Source: Acinetobacter sp.
GTDB lineage: Bacteria; Pseudomonadota; Gammaproteobacteria; Pseudomonadales; Moraxellaceae
NCBI GenBank assembly: GCA_046347365.1
Contig: JAXMGF010000001.1
Span: forward strand, 44,954-108,953
DNA length: 64,000 nucleotides
Reading direction: 5' to 3'
Shown here piece after piece: positions 44,477 to 55,823 of the stretch; the stretch's first letter is position 1, and the number at the start of each line of letters is the position of its first letter. The notes under the pieces were generated by a model, which made no database searches, was not told the DNA's origin, and saw only the letters and a list, made by a program, of their open reading frames with translations. A program made the position numbers and the translations under genes.

Positions 44477-46318
44477 CTAAAAACGATACTGATAACTTTG
44501 AATATTGTTAAAGATTTCAGCATTTACATCGCAATAGGCTGTTGCGCCTGGTAATAACACCAACAAACGTTCAGACGTTTTGGCTGGATTAAAGGCATCT
44601 TCTTTCAGCTTGTTTTTCTGATACTTAAATGTGCCTGTGGTTTCAACCTTGGCCTGAACACGCAGGAATACTGGGATTGCGTATGATGGCAGGCATTTTT
44701 TGAATACGTTCACCATAGCGCTTAAATCAGCTTCATTCAGTTCTTCACCATCCACAAGCGTGATTGCAGCCATACCTGCACGGCCATTGGTATTTGGAAT
44801 TTCCACGCCATAAACCACCGCTTCTGCGATCTTGTGGTATTCGCAAACCATGTTTTCAACTTCGGTGGTGGATACGTTTTCACCTTTCCATCGGAAAGTG
44901 TCGCCTAAACGGTCCACGAACTGTGCATGGCGGAAACCGATGTCACGAACCAGGTCACCTGTATTGAAGTATGAATCACCCTTGGTAAATACATCCTTAA
45001 GAATAACCGACTTGTTCTTTTCAGGATCGGTATAGCCATCAAACGGGGAACGACTGGTAATTTTGCCAATCAGCAGGCCCACTTCACCTGTCTTCACTTT
45101 CTTGCAGTGGCCTTTCTTGTCACGGACAAGCTCATTCTTTTCCTTGTCAAACTCAACAATGGCATAAGGGGTAGGAGAGAAGCCCACGGTATTGTCAAAG
45201 TTGAAGATGTTGCTAAAGCCAACATTGCCTTCACTTGATGCATAAAGTTCAAGAACCTCCTGCACACCAAAACGTTCCTTGAATTTGCCCCAGATGTTTG
45301 GACGCATACCGTTACCAATCATTTTGGTGACACGGTGGGCGCGATCAAGTTCCGTTGTCGGCGCATCAATGAGGTAACGGCAAAGTTCACCAACATAACC
45401 AATGGCAGATGCATTGAATTTTTGAACATCTTTCCAGAATGCACTGGTTGAATATTTACGACGTACCGCAAGTGTTGCACTACCCGCAATCACGCCACAC
45501 CAGCACACCACCACACCTGTTGCATGGTAAAGTGGCAGGGTCACATACATCACGTCATCCTTGCCAAGATTAAGGATATGGCCGTATGTACCATAAGCCA
45601 GCGTCCAGCGGCTGTGGGTGAAAATAACCGCCTTAGGCAGACCTGTTGTACCAGAAGTATAGATATAGAACAGGCCATCCTTACCTGTCACTGTGCGTGT
45701 GGTGGATGGATTGAATTTCGGGAATTGATCAATTTGCTGGGCAAGATTGACATAGCCTTTAGGTGCAGTGCCTGCATGCTTGCGCGTTTCCTGATCGGCA
45801 AACCAGTGGAAACGGTCCTGGGCAACATTAAGGTCCTGACGAATTTCATCAATGGCGGCACGGACTTCTTCACCTGCAATCACGGCAATTGGATTGACCA
45901 GATTGATGCTATGGGCAAGTACCTTGCCAACCTGTGAGGTATTCACCAGCGCAATGGTCACACCAATTTTGGCCAGTGCCACGATTGTGGCAATGAGCTC
46001 AGGACGGTTTTCAACCATCACCGCAATAACATCACCCTTTTTTGCGCCAAGAGACAAATAGTAATGTGCAATCTGGTTTGCCCATTCATTGAGTGCTCGA
46101 TAGCTATAGCTTTGATCTTCAAATAACAGTGCAATACCTTGTGGGTTACGCTTTACTGCTTTTTCAAATGCGATCCCTAAACCAGTCGGAGAGGCTGGTG
46201 TCCGCAAATATGCCTGTTTAAGACCACTGAGGATATGAGGTACTTTGGTAATGAAGTTCGGAAGTCGGGTTGCGACATCACCAACGGTAATAATATCGGT
46301 CTGCGTAGTTTGGCTCAT
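44477..46318 (-). CDS. Long-chain acyl-CoA synthetase (FATP-like)
   Basis: YIYTSGTTGLPKA, FNTGDL, DRLGDTFRWKGENVSTTEVE. Confidence 0.93.
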   Translation of the reverse strand: MSQTTQTDIITVGDVATRLPNFITKVPHILSGLKQAYLRTPASPTGLGIAFEKAVKRNPQGIALLFEDQSYSYRALNEWANQIAHYYLSLGAKKGDVIAVMVENRPELIATIVALAKIGVTIALVNTSQVGKVLAHSINLVNPIAVIAGEEVRAAIDEIRQDLNVAQDRFHWFADQETRKHAGTAPKGYVNLAQQIDQFPKFNPSTTRTVTGKDGLFYIYTSGTTGLPKAVIFTHSRWTLAYGTYGHILNLGKDDVMYVTLPLYHATGVVVCWCGVIAGSATLAVRRKYSTSAFWKDVQKFNASAIGYVGELCRYLIDAPTTELDRAHRVTKMIGNGMRPNIWGKFKERFGVQEVLELYASSEGNVGFSNIFNFDNTVGFSPTPYAIVEFDKEKNELVRDKKGHCKKVKTGEVGLLIGKITSRSPFDGYTDPEKNKSVILKDVFTKGDSYFNTGDLVRDIGFRHAQFVDRLGDTFRWKGENVSTTEVENMVCEYHKIAEAVVYGVEIPNTNGRAGMAAITLVDGEELNEADLSAMVNVFKKCLPSYAIPVFLRVQAKVETTGTFKYQKNKLKEDAFNPAKTSERLLVLLPGATAYCDVNAEIFNNIQSYQYRF

Positions 46319-46507
46319 ATCAATCCTTTTTATTTTTTGATCAATCCAAGAAATGGCTATTTGTTGGAACACTACCATTTAACATCTTTGCTGTTGATGC
46401 TGCTTTTAGTGGCAATTCCCTAGAGCAACCAACCTGAGCTGCGTCTAAAGCAGCGCAAGGACCTAGCTCTCTTACAATATCTCAATGACGCTACATTTTA
46501 CAGTAAC

Positions 46508-46542
46508 AAAAAAGCCTAATCATCGAAATGACTAGGCTTTTG
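46508..46542 (-). terminator. Terminator after rne
   Basis: AAAAAAGCCTAATCAT...ATGACTAGGCTTTT. Confidence 0.75.
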
Positions 46543-46565
46543 CTTATTGAGTGTAATTTAGCAAA

Positions 46566-49500
46566 TTATTCATTGCCAACGATACTCTTTTTCGGTGGTC
46601 GTCCACGAGGGCGGCGAGGGCGGGTAGATTTCTCCTTTTCCGCTTTGGCAGCTTCATCTTCCACATCTGTTTCTTCAGTGCTTGCGACTGGTTCAGTGTT
46701 TTCAATAGTCTGCACTGCTTCAACTGCATCTGTAACCACCGCAGTTTCAGTCTCAACAGCAGCTTGCGCTGACTCAACTGCTTCAGCAGGTGCTGTTTCT
46801 TCTACCACCACAGGCATTTCTTCATTTGCAAGTGCCAGTGCCTGTTGTTCAGGTGCTGCATCACCAACAGTGTTTTCCGCAACAACAGCCTCAATTGCTG
46901 TTTCCTGCACTTCTTGCGTGGTTTCAGTGCTTTCTACAGGGGCAGCAGGCGCTATATTGGAAGCCAGATGCTCCTCTTTTGCCTGCTCAGCCGCAAGTTT
47001 TGCTAAACGACGACGTTCACGTGGATCGTTGGCAACACGCGAAGCGGATGCTTCTGGTGGTGTTAATGGCAATACAGGTGCTGGTTCAGCTTCTTCCGTT
47101 GGCTTCTGGCGTGGAAGTTCTACATCACGTGTAACAGGGCGCTTTTCCTCAGCAGCTGTTTCAACCACCAGGGTGCTGGCATATTGTTCAGCGAACTTCT
47201 GTAAGGCACGGTTGAATGTAGTCACCAAACCAAACTGCTCAATCAGGAATTTGCAGTCTTCACCATAAATATGACGAATCAGGCCACCCATGGTGTATTG
47301 CCCCAACGCTGGAATTTGCGATGGTGCAATTTTTGCTGCCACTTTTTGGCTGCTTTGCGCCCCACGCTGACGAGGGCGTGAACGTGGATCATTGCTTGCA
47401 CGTTTCGCTGGTGCCTGGGTTGCCTCTTCAACTGGTGTTGTTTCAGCAGCAACCTGCTCTGCCTGAACAGGCGCAGTTGTTTCAGCAGCCCTCACAACCG
47501 CTTTTACTGGCTCGGCCTGTGGTGCTGGCGCAGTGGTCTGCTGTGGATTGAGCGCAACAATTTCACTTTGTCCCTGATCAATGTTGACGATCAATGCCGT
47601 ATTCATTGGTTCAGTGCGAGGTGTATCAATCACATCAACTTTAAGCTGCTGTGGATTGGATGCAGCCTCAACTGCAACAGGCGTTTCGTTGAGAACACTT
47701 TGGTCACGGTGACGGTTCGGGCGGTTTGGACGCTGCTGGCTATGACGGTCACGACGTGGCAACGGTACAGAGGTATCATTTCCATGAACAGCATCATTTT
47801 GCTGTTGCTGGTTTTGTGATTCCTGCGGACGTTTTTGCTGGCGTTTCAGGTCACGTTGCTCTTGACGCTGTTCCTGACGTGACAGTTGAACAACTTCCTC
47901 ATGCACCTGATTTTGTTGTTCATGGGCATGTACATGCTGTTCACGCTGCTCTTTATGCTTACGTTTCTTTGGGTTTTGAGACTGATTTGGACGGTTCAGT
48001 TTTTCGTCTTTCTCAAACGCTTCGCGAGTTTCCTGCTTTACAGGTGTCTGGGAAATATAGACATTATTTGCTGTTGTTTCCGCAATTGCAGCTGTCTCAA
48101 CCTGGCCGAATTGACCACGGCTCACAGCGCCATTATTGATCATCTGTTCAATAGCTGACGCCGCATTTTGTGCAGAGCGGGACTGATCAATGGTCTGAGC
48201 CTGTTTTTGAACAAACAGGTTCTCTAACCATGCGCAAGGGCTTGCTGCTTTTGACGCTGCTGCCTGTGCCTGTTTTGGCTGGGCAGTGCCTTGCTGTGTT
48301 ATAGCCTTTTTCTGTGGCGCTGTCGCCTGCTGCTGTGCTGGAGCAGCATGGCTGTGCTCAGCTTCTTCCAGATGCCATTCAGAAGACTCATAACCCAGTT
48401 GTTTTTCACTGTCACGGGTCGCTTCAGTGCGTTCATAGCTGGATGGCGCAAAGCCTGCTGGATTGTACTGGATTTCATAATGTGGCGTTTCCAAATGTGG
48501 ATGCGGCAGAATGGTGACACGCACATTGGAGGTTTGTTCCAGATATACAAGGCTGTGACGCTTTTCATTCAACAGGAATGCAGCGATTTCCACAGGGACT
48601 TCTACCTGTACCTCGCCTTGACGTTCACGTAATGCAATTTCTTCCACTTTACGCATAATTGAAAGTGAAAGGGAGCGTAGGTCGCGTACCATGCCTGTGC
48701 CATGACAGCGTGGGCACACATAGCCCGTTGCTTCCTCAAGCGATGGGCGCAAACGCTGACGACTCATTTCCATCAGGCCAAAACGTGAAAGCTGGCCGAA
48801 CTGGATACGTGCGCGGTCACTTTGAGTTGCTTCACGAAGTTTCGCCTCAACCATACGCTGGTTGCGGTCCTTGGTCATGTCGATAAAGTCGATCACCACC
48901 AAACCGCCAATATCGCGTAAACGAAGTTGACGCGCAATTTCCTCAGCCGCTTCAAGGTTGGTATTTAATGCTGTTTCTTCAACATCATGACCACGGGTTG
49001 ATTTCGCCGAGTTAATATCGATGGAAACCAGTGCCTCGGTTTGGTCAATCACGATTGAACCGCCAGAAGGAAGTTTTACTTCACGTTCATAAGCGGTCTG
49101 GATTTGGCTTTCGATGCCGAAATGGGCAAATAATGGCTCATTCTGGGTATAGGTTTTTAACTTGTCGAGCTGACGTGGCATCACAGCCTTAACGAAGTTG
49201 TAGGCTTCATTATAGGCCTGCTCGCTATCAATCAGGATTTCAGCAACGTCATCACGTAGATAGTCACGGATGGCGCGTGTCACCACACCCGCTTCCTGAT
49301 GCACCAGCATTGGTGATGGACCAGAACTTGCCGTACCCTGAATTTGTGCCCAGAGGTCAAGCAAATGCTGTAGGTCGAGTTGCAGTTCTTCCTGTGAACG
49401 TCCGATACCCGCAGTACGCACAATCACGCTCATGCCACGGGGAACATTCAGGGATGCCAGAATTTCCTTGAGTTCTTCACGCACTGAACCTGAAATTTGA

Positions 49501-49925
49501 CGGCTGATACCACCACCTTTCGGGTTGTTTGGCATCAGAACCAGATAACGACCTGCAAGAGAAATGAATGTCGAAAGCGCGGCACCCTTGTTGCCACGTT
49601 CCTCTTTTTCAACCTGAACCAGTAATTCAGTGCCTTCGGTGATCAGTTCACGAATGTTGGAGGTCTGGCGCGGATCTGCCTTGAAATACGAGTTTGCAAT
49701 TTCCCGCATGGATAAAAAGCCCTGACGCTGCGCGCCGTACTCGACAAAAACCGCTTCCAGAGAAGGTTCAACGCGAGTGACGTGACCTTTATAAATATTG
49801 GATTTTTTTTGTTCACGGGTACGATTTTCTAAGTCAAAATCGTAAAGACGATTACCAGTAATCAGTGCAACGCGAACTTCTTCAGCGTGGGTTGCATTAA
49901 TCAGCATACGTTTCATGGCGGACAC
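46566..49925 (-). CDS. rne: Ribonuclease E
   Basis: [30 protein letters not shown], long disordered C-terminal scaffold. Confidence 0.98.
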   Translation of the reverse strand: MSAMKRMLINATHAEEVRVALITGNRLYDFDLENRTREQKKSNIYKGHVTRVEPSLEAVFVEYGAQRQGFLSMREIANSYFKADPRQTSNIRELITEGTELLVQVEKEERGNKGAALSTFISLAGRYLVLMPNNPKGGGISRQISGSVREELKEILASLNVPRGMSVIVRTAGIGRSQEELQLDLQHLLDLWAQIQGTASSGPSPMLVHQEAGVVTRAIRDYLRDDVAEILIDSEQAYNEAYNFVKAVMPRQLDKLKTYTQNEPLFAHFGIESQIQTAYEREVKLPSGGSIVIDQTEALVSIDINSAKSTRGHDVEETALNTNLEAAEEIARQLRLRDIGGLVVIDFIDMTKDRNQRMVEAKLREATQSDRARIQFGQLSRFGLMEMSRQRLRPSLEEATGYVCPRCHGTGMVRDLRSLSLSIMRKVEEIALRERQGEVQVEVPVEIAAFLLNEKRHSLVYLEQTSNVRVTILPHPHLETPHYEIQYNPAGFAPSSYERTEATRDSEKQLGYESSEWHLEEAEHSHAAPAQQQATAPQKKAITQQGTAQPKQAQAAASKAASPCAWLENLFVQKQAQTIDQSRSAQNAASAIEQMINNGAVSRGQFGQVETAAIAETTANNVYISQTPVKQETREAFEKDEKLNRPNQSQNPKKRKHKEQREQHVHAHEQQNQVHEEVVQLSRQEQRQEQRDLKRQQKRPQESQNQQQQNDAVHGNDTSVPLPRRDRHSQQRPNRPNRHRDQSVLNETPVAVEAASNPQQLKVDVIDTPRTEPMNTALIVNIDQGQSEIVALNPQQTTAPAPQAEPVKAVVRAAETTAPVQAEQVAAETTPVEEATQAPAKRASNDPRSRPRQRGAQSSQKVAAKIAPSQIPALGQYTMGGLIRHIYGEDCKFLIEQFGLVTTFNRALQKFAEQYASTLVVETAAEEKRPVTRDVELPRQKPTEEAEPAPVLPLTPPEASASRVANDPRERRRLAKLAAEQAKEEHLASNIAPAAPVESTETTQEVQETAIEAVVAENTVGDAAPEQQALALANEEMPVVVEETAPAEAVESAQAAVETETAVVTDAVEAVQTIENTEPVASTEETDVEDEAAKAEKEKSTRPRRPRGRPPKKSIVGNE

Positions 49926-50705
49926 CTAATAGTGACACACACAAACAACTCGCTCGCTATGTTTGAGCAAACATCAAATTGGCGTGATCAAGACTCAGGA
50001 GCAGCTTTGATATGCGAAGCTCTGAAACCACTGACTGTAAATCCAGTTCTGGGCTCTGATACGGTTATTTCGATGTCGGCAATCCTGCTTCAATCCTGGG
50101 CACCGTGATATATCACTGGACCCTAAATGATCCAAGTTTCCTGTGCGCTTCACTGGCGGGTGAGCGGTGCATTGGATGATGACTTTCACTGTCATTAAGC
50201 ATTAAAGTCGCTCCATTTGAACGTCTTGATACGGAATGATCATCGTATCTTTGCTTAGCAGTTCCAATGCATCAACGCTTTAGCCTGAATGCGGCATCAG
50301 GGAGCAAATTGTCTGATGTGGATCAGTTTACATTTAATAACCAACAAATCTGTTGGCAACATATTTTTTCTGGACAAACTGTAAGGTGTATTGAAATATC
50401 AACAAACCCCATGTGCAGATGCACAATTAAACGCAACAGTTTGCCATTTTTGCCGATATAATAAGCCTTCGGCGTCGGCATAATTCTTTAGGACCTATCC
50501 GAGCTGTTGGTGAAGATCTCATCAATTTGAAATTTCAACTGAATAAAATTTCTGATGTGATGCTCACTTACGGCGGTATCCGTGCGCTGAATATATCAAA
50601 CCTTGCGGCATCTGCCTATGGGCTAAGTTTAGGTTTCTTGTGAAATAACTTAGCTAAATGATCAATTTTTAATCATATTTAGCAAATCTTGGATGAATCG
50701 AGCGT

Positions 50706-51636
50706 ATGAATTCTACACAACAATGGCAAAGTGTCACTTGGTTTGACGTGGATGAGCATCAAGACGGGCAGCGAATAGATAATTTTTTATTTACCCGATT
50801 AAAAGGTGTACCGAAGAGTCGAATCTACCGTTTGATTCGTGAAGGACAAGTACGTGTCAACAAAAAAAGAATAAAAGCAGAAACGCGTTTGAATATTGGC
50901 GATCAGATTCGTGTCGCACCAATTCGTTATGAACAAAAGGATGAAAGCGCGGCACCAGTGAGTGATGGCGTGGCGCAAAGCCTGCTTAGTCGTGTGGTTT
51001 ACGAAGATGAAGGCTTATTAGTGGTGAATAAACCGTCTGGGATTGCTGTTCATGGCGGCAGTGGTGTGGCGTATGGTTTAATCGAAGCCCTGCGTGCCGC
51101 GACAGGTAAAAAATATCTGGAACTGATCCATCGTATTGACCGTGATACTTCAGGTTTGGTGATGATCAGCAAGAAACGCAGTACCTTAAAATTATTACAG
51201 GATTTATTGCGTGAGCATAAAATCCAGAAAACCTATGCGGCAATTGTTAAGGGGCAGGTGAGTCTGGATCAGCAACTGATTGATGCACCGCTGTTCCGCT
51301 ATGAGCTTTTAATGGCGAAGCGCCATTACGTGTCTCTAAAGAGGTAAGCCGAGTAAGACTGACTGGAAAGTGGTTGAACGTTTTTAAGACGGCAACTTTG
51401 GTGCATGCCTCGCCTTTGTCAGGACGTACGCATCAAATTCATTGTGCATGGTCTGGTATTGGCCATCCACTTATTGGCGATGATAAATATGAATTAAAAG
51501 CACCACCTAGCTGGTCCAGAGGCCAGACGCTTGTGTCTACATGCCATGCGTTTGGACATTCCAAACTACCCAACCATTGAAGCGCCAATGCCTGAAGACA
51601 TACAACAGGTTTTAAATGAGTTGAAAGCAGAAATGA
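50706..51636 (+). CDS. rluC: 23S rRNA pseudouridine synthase C (frameshifted in the 3' third)
   Basis: S4 domain, NKPSGIAVHGG, HRIDRDTSG, GRTHQI; divergent from rne. Confidence 0.92.
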
Positions 51637-52319
51637 GTCAAAATATCGAACTGGTGATTTTTGATTGGGATGGAACCTTATTCGATTCAGTGGGACAAAT
51701 CGTGGCAAGCCTGCAACATGCGGCGCAACGAGTTTGAACAACCCTTAACGGACAAAGCAGCAAAAAGTATTATTGGTTTAGGTTTGCCAGAGGTGATGCA
51801 AATCCTGTTTCCGAGAAAGTACCGCATTTACAGCAGGATATTTTGCAATGTTATGCAGATCATTATGTTGCAAATTCAAAAGGCGATGCATGGTTTAATT
51901 AGTGTGGCAGAGTTGTTGTTGGCTGACTTAAAACAACAAGGGATCAAGCTTGCAGTTGCGACGGGTAGAAGTCGTAAAGGTTTAGATCGTGTATTCAAAG
52001 TCAAACCAATAGTCATCAGATTTTGATACTACTCGTGCAGCCAGTGGAAACCCGATCAAAAGCCTGACCCATTAATGTTGCAGGAAATTCTGCTTGAAAC
52101 AGGTGTGACGGTAGAGCGGGCGATATGGTGGGTGATACCAGTTATGATCTTGAAATGGCGCAAAACCTGAATATGCAGCGCATTGGGGTGAGCTGCGCGG
52201 GGTGCATAGTGTGGAAATCTTGCAGCAATACCAGCCCTGACCATTGTCAGTTCAATTCAGGACCTGCATGGCTATTTTCGAAGGCTATATTGCCAGCCCC
52301 TATCTTGATTGAAAGCTAA
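51633..52319 (+). CDS. HAD-IA family hydrolase (frameshifted)
   Basis: FDWDGTL, VATG, KPDP, MVGDT. Confidence 0.85.
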
Positions 52320-52395
52320 AAACAGCATAATATTGATCTGACTAAGGGTGAGGAGAATGATTTGCCTCACTGCCTGCATATGTAATAGGGAAGTC

Positions 52396-53070
52396 ATGAG
52401 TCGTTCAATCCGTCTGCTCAACCTGTTACAACTGCTAAAGGAATACCGTTATCCTGTGACGGCACAGGTTTTGGCCCGAGCGTTTGCAGATAATTTGCTT
52501 GAAGTGTTTACCGTGACATTGAAACCCTGAGGGCGGAGGGCAGAGTGGGCGGCAGGGTTGGGGTTTCAGCTCAAAGAAGATTTTTTGCTCACTCAAGTGA
52601 CATTGAATGAAAACAGAAATCGAAGCGATTTTTTGGCATTATACTGGTTAAAAAACGTGCTTGATCAGGGTTGAATCCGCCTCCACCTCAGTATTGGCAA
52701 AATTAAATGCGGTACTGCCTGCACATTTACTTGGCAATTATTACAACATACCACGCTAAGAGCATTTAATGTCTGGTTGCCTGTAGATGAGGCACTGGTA
52801 GAGCAAGTCCGCTTGGCCATTCGTCAACAGGTAAAAATCTCGATGGACTATACAGATGAACAACAATGGATCAGTAGCAGAACCGTATGGCCTTTTGCAC
52901 TGGAGTACTTCAATGACAAAATTGTATTGGCTGCACGGTGTGAGCTACGCCATGATTTTCGCAATTTTAAAATTGATCGGATTCAACAGCACAGCCTGAG
53001 TCAGGAGCTATATCCACAGTTTAAGCAGCAACTTTTTCAGCAGTGGTGGATACAGGAGGTTTGTTCATGA
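52396..53070 (+). pseudogene. YafY-family HTH-WYL regulator (fragmented)
   Basis: MSRSIRLLNLLQLL..YRYPVTA; WYL domain SRTVWPFAL, CELRHDFRNFKIDRI. Confidence 0.75.
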
Positions 53071-53131
53071 CTCTGACAAAAACTGACAATCAAAGCCATT
53101 ACATTTAAATCAGACCAACACACAAGGAAAA

Positions 53132-53167
53132 ATGAAAATGGCACTTAAATTTTATACCAATAATTAG
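53132..53167 (+). pseudogene. 5' stub of a probable glutathione S-transferase gene, cut by an IS
   Basis: AAGGA RBS, MKMALKFYTNN then a stop formed at the IS end; the GST assignment is inferred from the short sequence and YafY context. Confidence 0.45.
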
Positions 53168-53286
53168 GGGTTGTTGACATTTACTGTTCATAATTAACCC
53201 TATAAAGGTAGCCATAAAAATATACATGCTAAAGCAACAGAACTTTGATAATTTCTTTTGAGCTTGTCATATCGAGTAGCTATTCG
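53167..53286 (-). mobile_element. Remnant (one end) of an IS5-family element
   Basis: Terminal GGGGTTGTTGACA after TA; the minus strand encodes transposase C-terminus RIATRYDKLKRNYQSSVALACIFLWLPL*. Confidence 0.85.
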
Positions 53287-53308
53287 GGACTATGCAGGAA
53301 TATCGAGC

Positions 53309-54184
53309 TCAAATACCTGTCAATTCTTCCAGAAACTGTTCTGTGGCCAGGCTGGGCTCAAGCTTGTTATAGCTGAAAAATACATCCAGACAGGGTAAGG
53401 CATGGCTTAATGGACGAATGACCATTTGATCGGTTGCCAAAGCCTGCATATAGGAAGGCAGAATGGCACAGCTTTGGCCTGAATGCACTGTCTGAATACT
53501 TTCCGCAATACTGTTGGCCTCAGAAATTGTCTGAAACTGAATCTGTCGCTGTTCAATATACTGAGTGATGGTATCAAACAGGGGCTGGGAGAGCTTTTGG
53601 GACAGAACGGTTATGGCCAGCCCATTCAATTGCTCTACTGGAATTTCAGTTAATTGAGCCAGTGGATGCTGTTTGGGGAGCATAAACACCAAGGGTTCTT
53701 TCAGTATTAACTGACTGGCAAAAACCTCATTTTGAAACTCCTGATTAATAAAAATAATGTCTAAGTCACCTTTCTTGAGTTCAGCGATTTGGTCACTCTC
53801 TTTCAGGTTCAGGGTGCGGATTTGCAGCTTGGGAAGTTTGACCCTCAGGCGCGGTAGAATATAGGGAAAAATACGGATTTCAGCAGAAGGGACAAAGCCA
53901 ATTTTGAGGTACTGGACTTTTGCCGCAGCCACCTGCCGTGCCATGGTGATGGCCTTGTCCGCCTGTGTCAGGGTAAGGCGAGCCTGTTCCAGAAAAACCA
54001 GCCCTTCCTCGGTCAGTTCAACCTTGCGTTTGGTGCGGTGAAAGAGCTGTACGCCAATATCATCCTCAAGGTCCTTGATCTGCTGGCTTAATGAGGGCTG
54101 CGCCGTATGCAGCTTTAGTGCGGCTTTACTAAAGCTGAGTTCTTCAGCGACGGTGATGAAGTAACGTAGATGGCGTAATTCCAT
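53309..54184 (-). CDS. LysR-family regulator (HcaR-like)
   Basis: MELRHLRYF...AQPSLSQQIKDLE, GFVPSAE. Confidence 0.92.
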   Translation of the reverse strand: MELRHLRYFITVAEELSFSKAALKLHTAQPSLSQQIKDLEDDIGVQLFHRTKRKVELTEEGLVFLEQARLTLTQADKAITMARQVAAAKVQYLKIGFVPSAEIRIFPYILPRLRVKLPKLQIRTLNLKESDQIAELKKGDLDIIFINQEFQNEVFASQLILKEPLVFMLPKQHPLAQLTEIPVEQLNGLAITVLSQKLSQPLFDTITQYIEQRQIQFQTISEANSIAESIQTVHSGQSCAILPSYMQALATDQMVIRPLSHALPCLDVFFSYNKLEPSLATEQFLEELTGI

Positions 54185-54600
54185 AAGACTTGTCCGTGTG
54201 TGTCTTATTGTTATTCTTAATTAAAGTATTAAAAAATAATTCTCATGGCCGCATTATATAGTAGCTGATTTTTTAGACAATATGCTTTTTTCTAAAATAT
54301 AAAAAATATATTAAAACGCTATGCCTGTAAGTTTAGCTGAATTGTCATTTGGCGTTATGAGTTCAGTAAAATTGTATTGACTCAGCCAGAGAAAATCAGC
54401 ATAACTCAATGACCTTATGTTAGGATCAAGGACCGATTATGGAAAGCCATGTTTTTAAAGGATCAGGTAGGTCAAGGTCAGGTTATCGTCCCAAGCCATA
54501 TTTGATCTGGAAAAGATAAAGCCTTAAAAAAATAAGCCATAATCCTAAGCTAATATAACTCAGCCCCACAAGCGATCAGGTTCCACCACAGAAGAAGTAC

Positions 54601-55653
54601 ATGAAAGATAAGCCGACATTAACCTACCAATTGCCGACACAATCTTGCTTGAGCCATACCTGGGGGAAACCTCCTTTTCCACATGAGGCCTCTGACCACT
54701 GTGGGATTGACCGTTTCTACAACCTGGACAAACCGTTGACACCGTTTGACCGTAAGGGGCTGCTAAAATGGCTGACAACACGTAAATCCTTTACCTGGAA
54801 TGTTGACCGTAGCCATGAGTCGAATCTGCGTAATCAGATGCTTGAGTTGCCGCAAAACCGCCCGCATGCTGACCTGAATGACTGGCAGATTTGGTTTGTG
54901 GGACATGCCACCATTTTGATCCAGATCGGCCCCTATAATTTTTTAACCGATCCAGTCTGGTGTGAATATGTCAGCCCAAAGCAGGGACGGGGACCCAGAC
55001 GGGTTTGCCCAGCGGGCATTGCACTGGAACATCTTCCCACCATCCATGCGGTGTTGTTAAGCCATAACCACTATGACCACATGGATTTGGCCACCCTGGA
55101 CTGGCTGCACCAGAAATTTGAAATGCCGATTTATACAGGTTTGGGCAATGGCCACTATCTGCCGAAGCACCTGCATGTCATTGAAATGGACTGGTGGCAG
55201 GAAATCCCTTTTCATGATGAGTTAAAGATCGCCTACACGCCAGCGCAGCATGCCTCAGGACGTGGTGTCAGGGACCAGAACAGGGCATTGTGGGGCGGAT
55301 TTTCACTATTGGCGAGAACGGGTCACTGTTTTTTCGCGGGTGATACGGGGTATGCAGGTCATTTCAAGAAAATTTATGAACGCTATGGGGCTGCAAGAAT
55401 TGCATTGCTGCCGATTGGCGCCTATGAGCCACGTCAGTTGATGCGTTATGTGCATATGAATCCACAGGATGCCTTTCATGCACATCTGGACCTGCATGCA
55501 CACCGTTCACTGGCGATTCACTATCGCACTTTTCAGCTTACCGATGAAGACCGTGATGCACCTGAACATGAACTGATGCAGGCCATGAAATCCTCTTCAA
55601 AACTGGTGAACCCTTTTTACTGTATCCGTGAAGGGCACTTTATTCGGGCCTAG
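54601..55653 (+). CDS. MBL-fold hydrolase (RomA/NAPE-PLD-like)
   Basis: VGHAT, LTDPVW, SHNHYDH, PAQH, AGDTGY, PIGAYEP. Confidence 0.88.
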   Translation: MKDKPTLTYQLPTQSCLSHTWGKPPFPHEASDHCGIDRFYNLDKPLTPFDRKGLLKWLTTRKSFTWNVDRSHESNLRNQMLELPQNRPHADLNDWQIWFVGHATILIQIGPYNFLTDPVWCEYVSPKQGRGPRRVCPAGIALEHLPTIHAVLLSHNHYDHMDLATLDWLHQKFEMPIYTGLGNGHYLPKHLHVIEMDWWQEIPFHDELKIAYTPAQHASGRGVRDQNRALWGGFSLLARTGHCFFAGDTGYAGHFKKIYERYGAARIALLPIGAYEPRQLMRYVHMNPQDAFHAHLDLHAHRSLAIHYRTFQLTDEDRDAPEHELMQAMKSSSKLVNPFYCIREGHFIRA

Positions 55654-55779
55654 CTTGCTGTAGTGTCCTGATAAAGCATAAGGCAATCATGGAAAGGCTC
55701 GCAAGCCCAACATTCATCACCACAGGATTGAACGCTTATTCATGTCATGGCTTGACTAAATTGTCGCCTAATTCAATGT

Positions 55780-55805
55780 AAAAAGCCATCCGAAGATGGC
55801 TTTTT
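55780..55805. terminator. Bidirectional terminator
   Basis: AAAAAGCCATC-CGAA-GATGGCTTTTT. Confidence 0.85.
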
Positions 55806-55823
55806 ATTTGGATGTTTTAGGGT

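Noticed and set aside
46528-47268. 246-aa ORF antisense to the rne C-terminus, and the many other shadow ORFs in the track
   Set aside because: These mirror low-complexity or biased codons of real genes and show no independent motifs.
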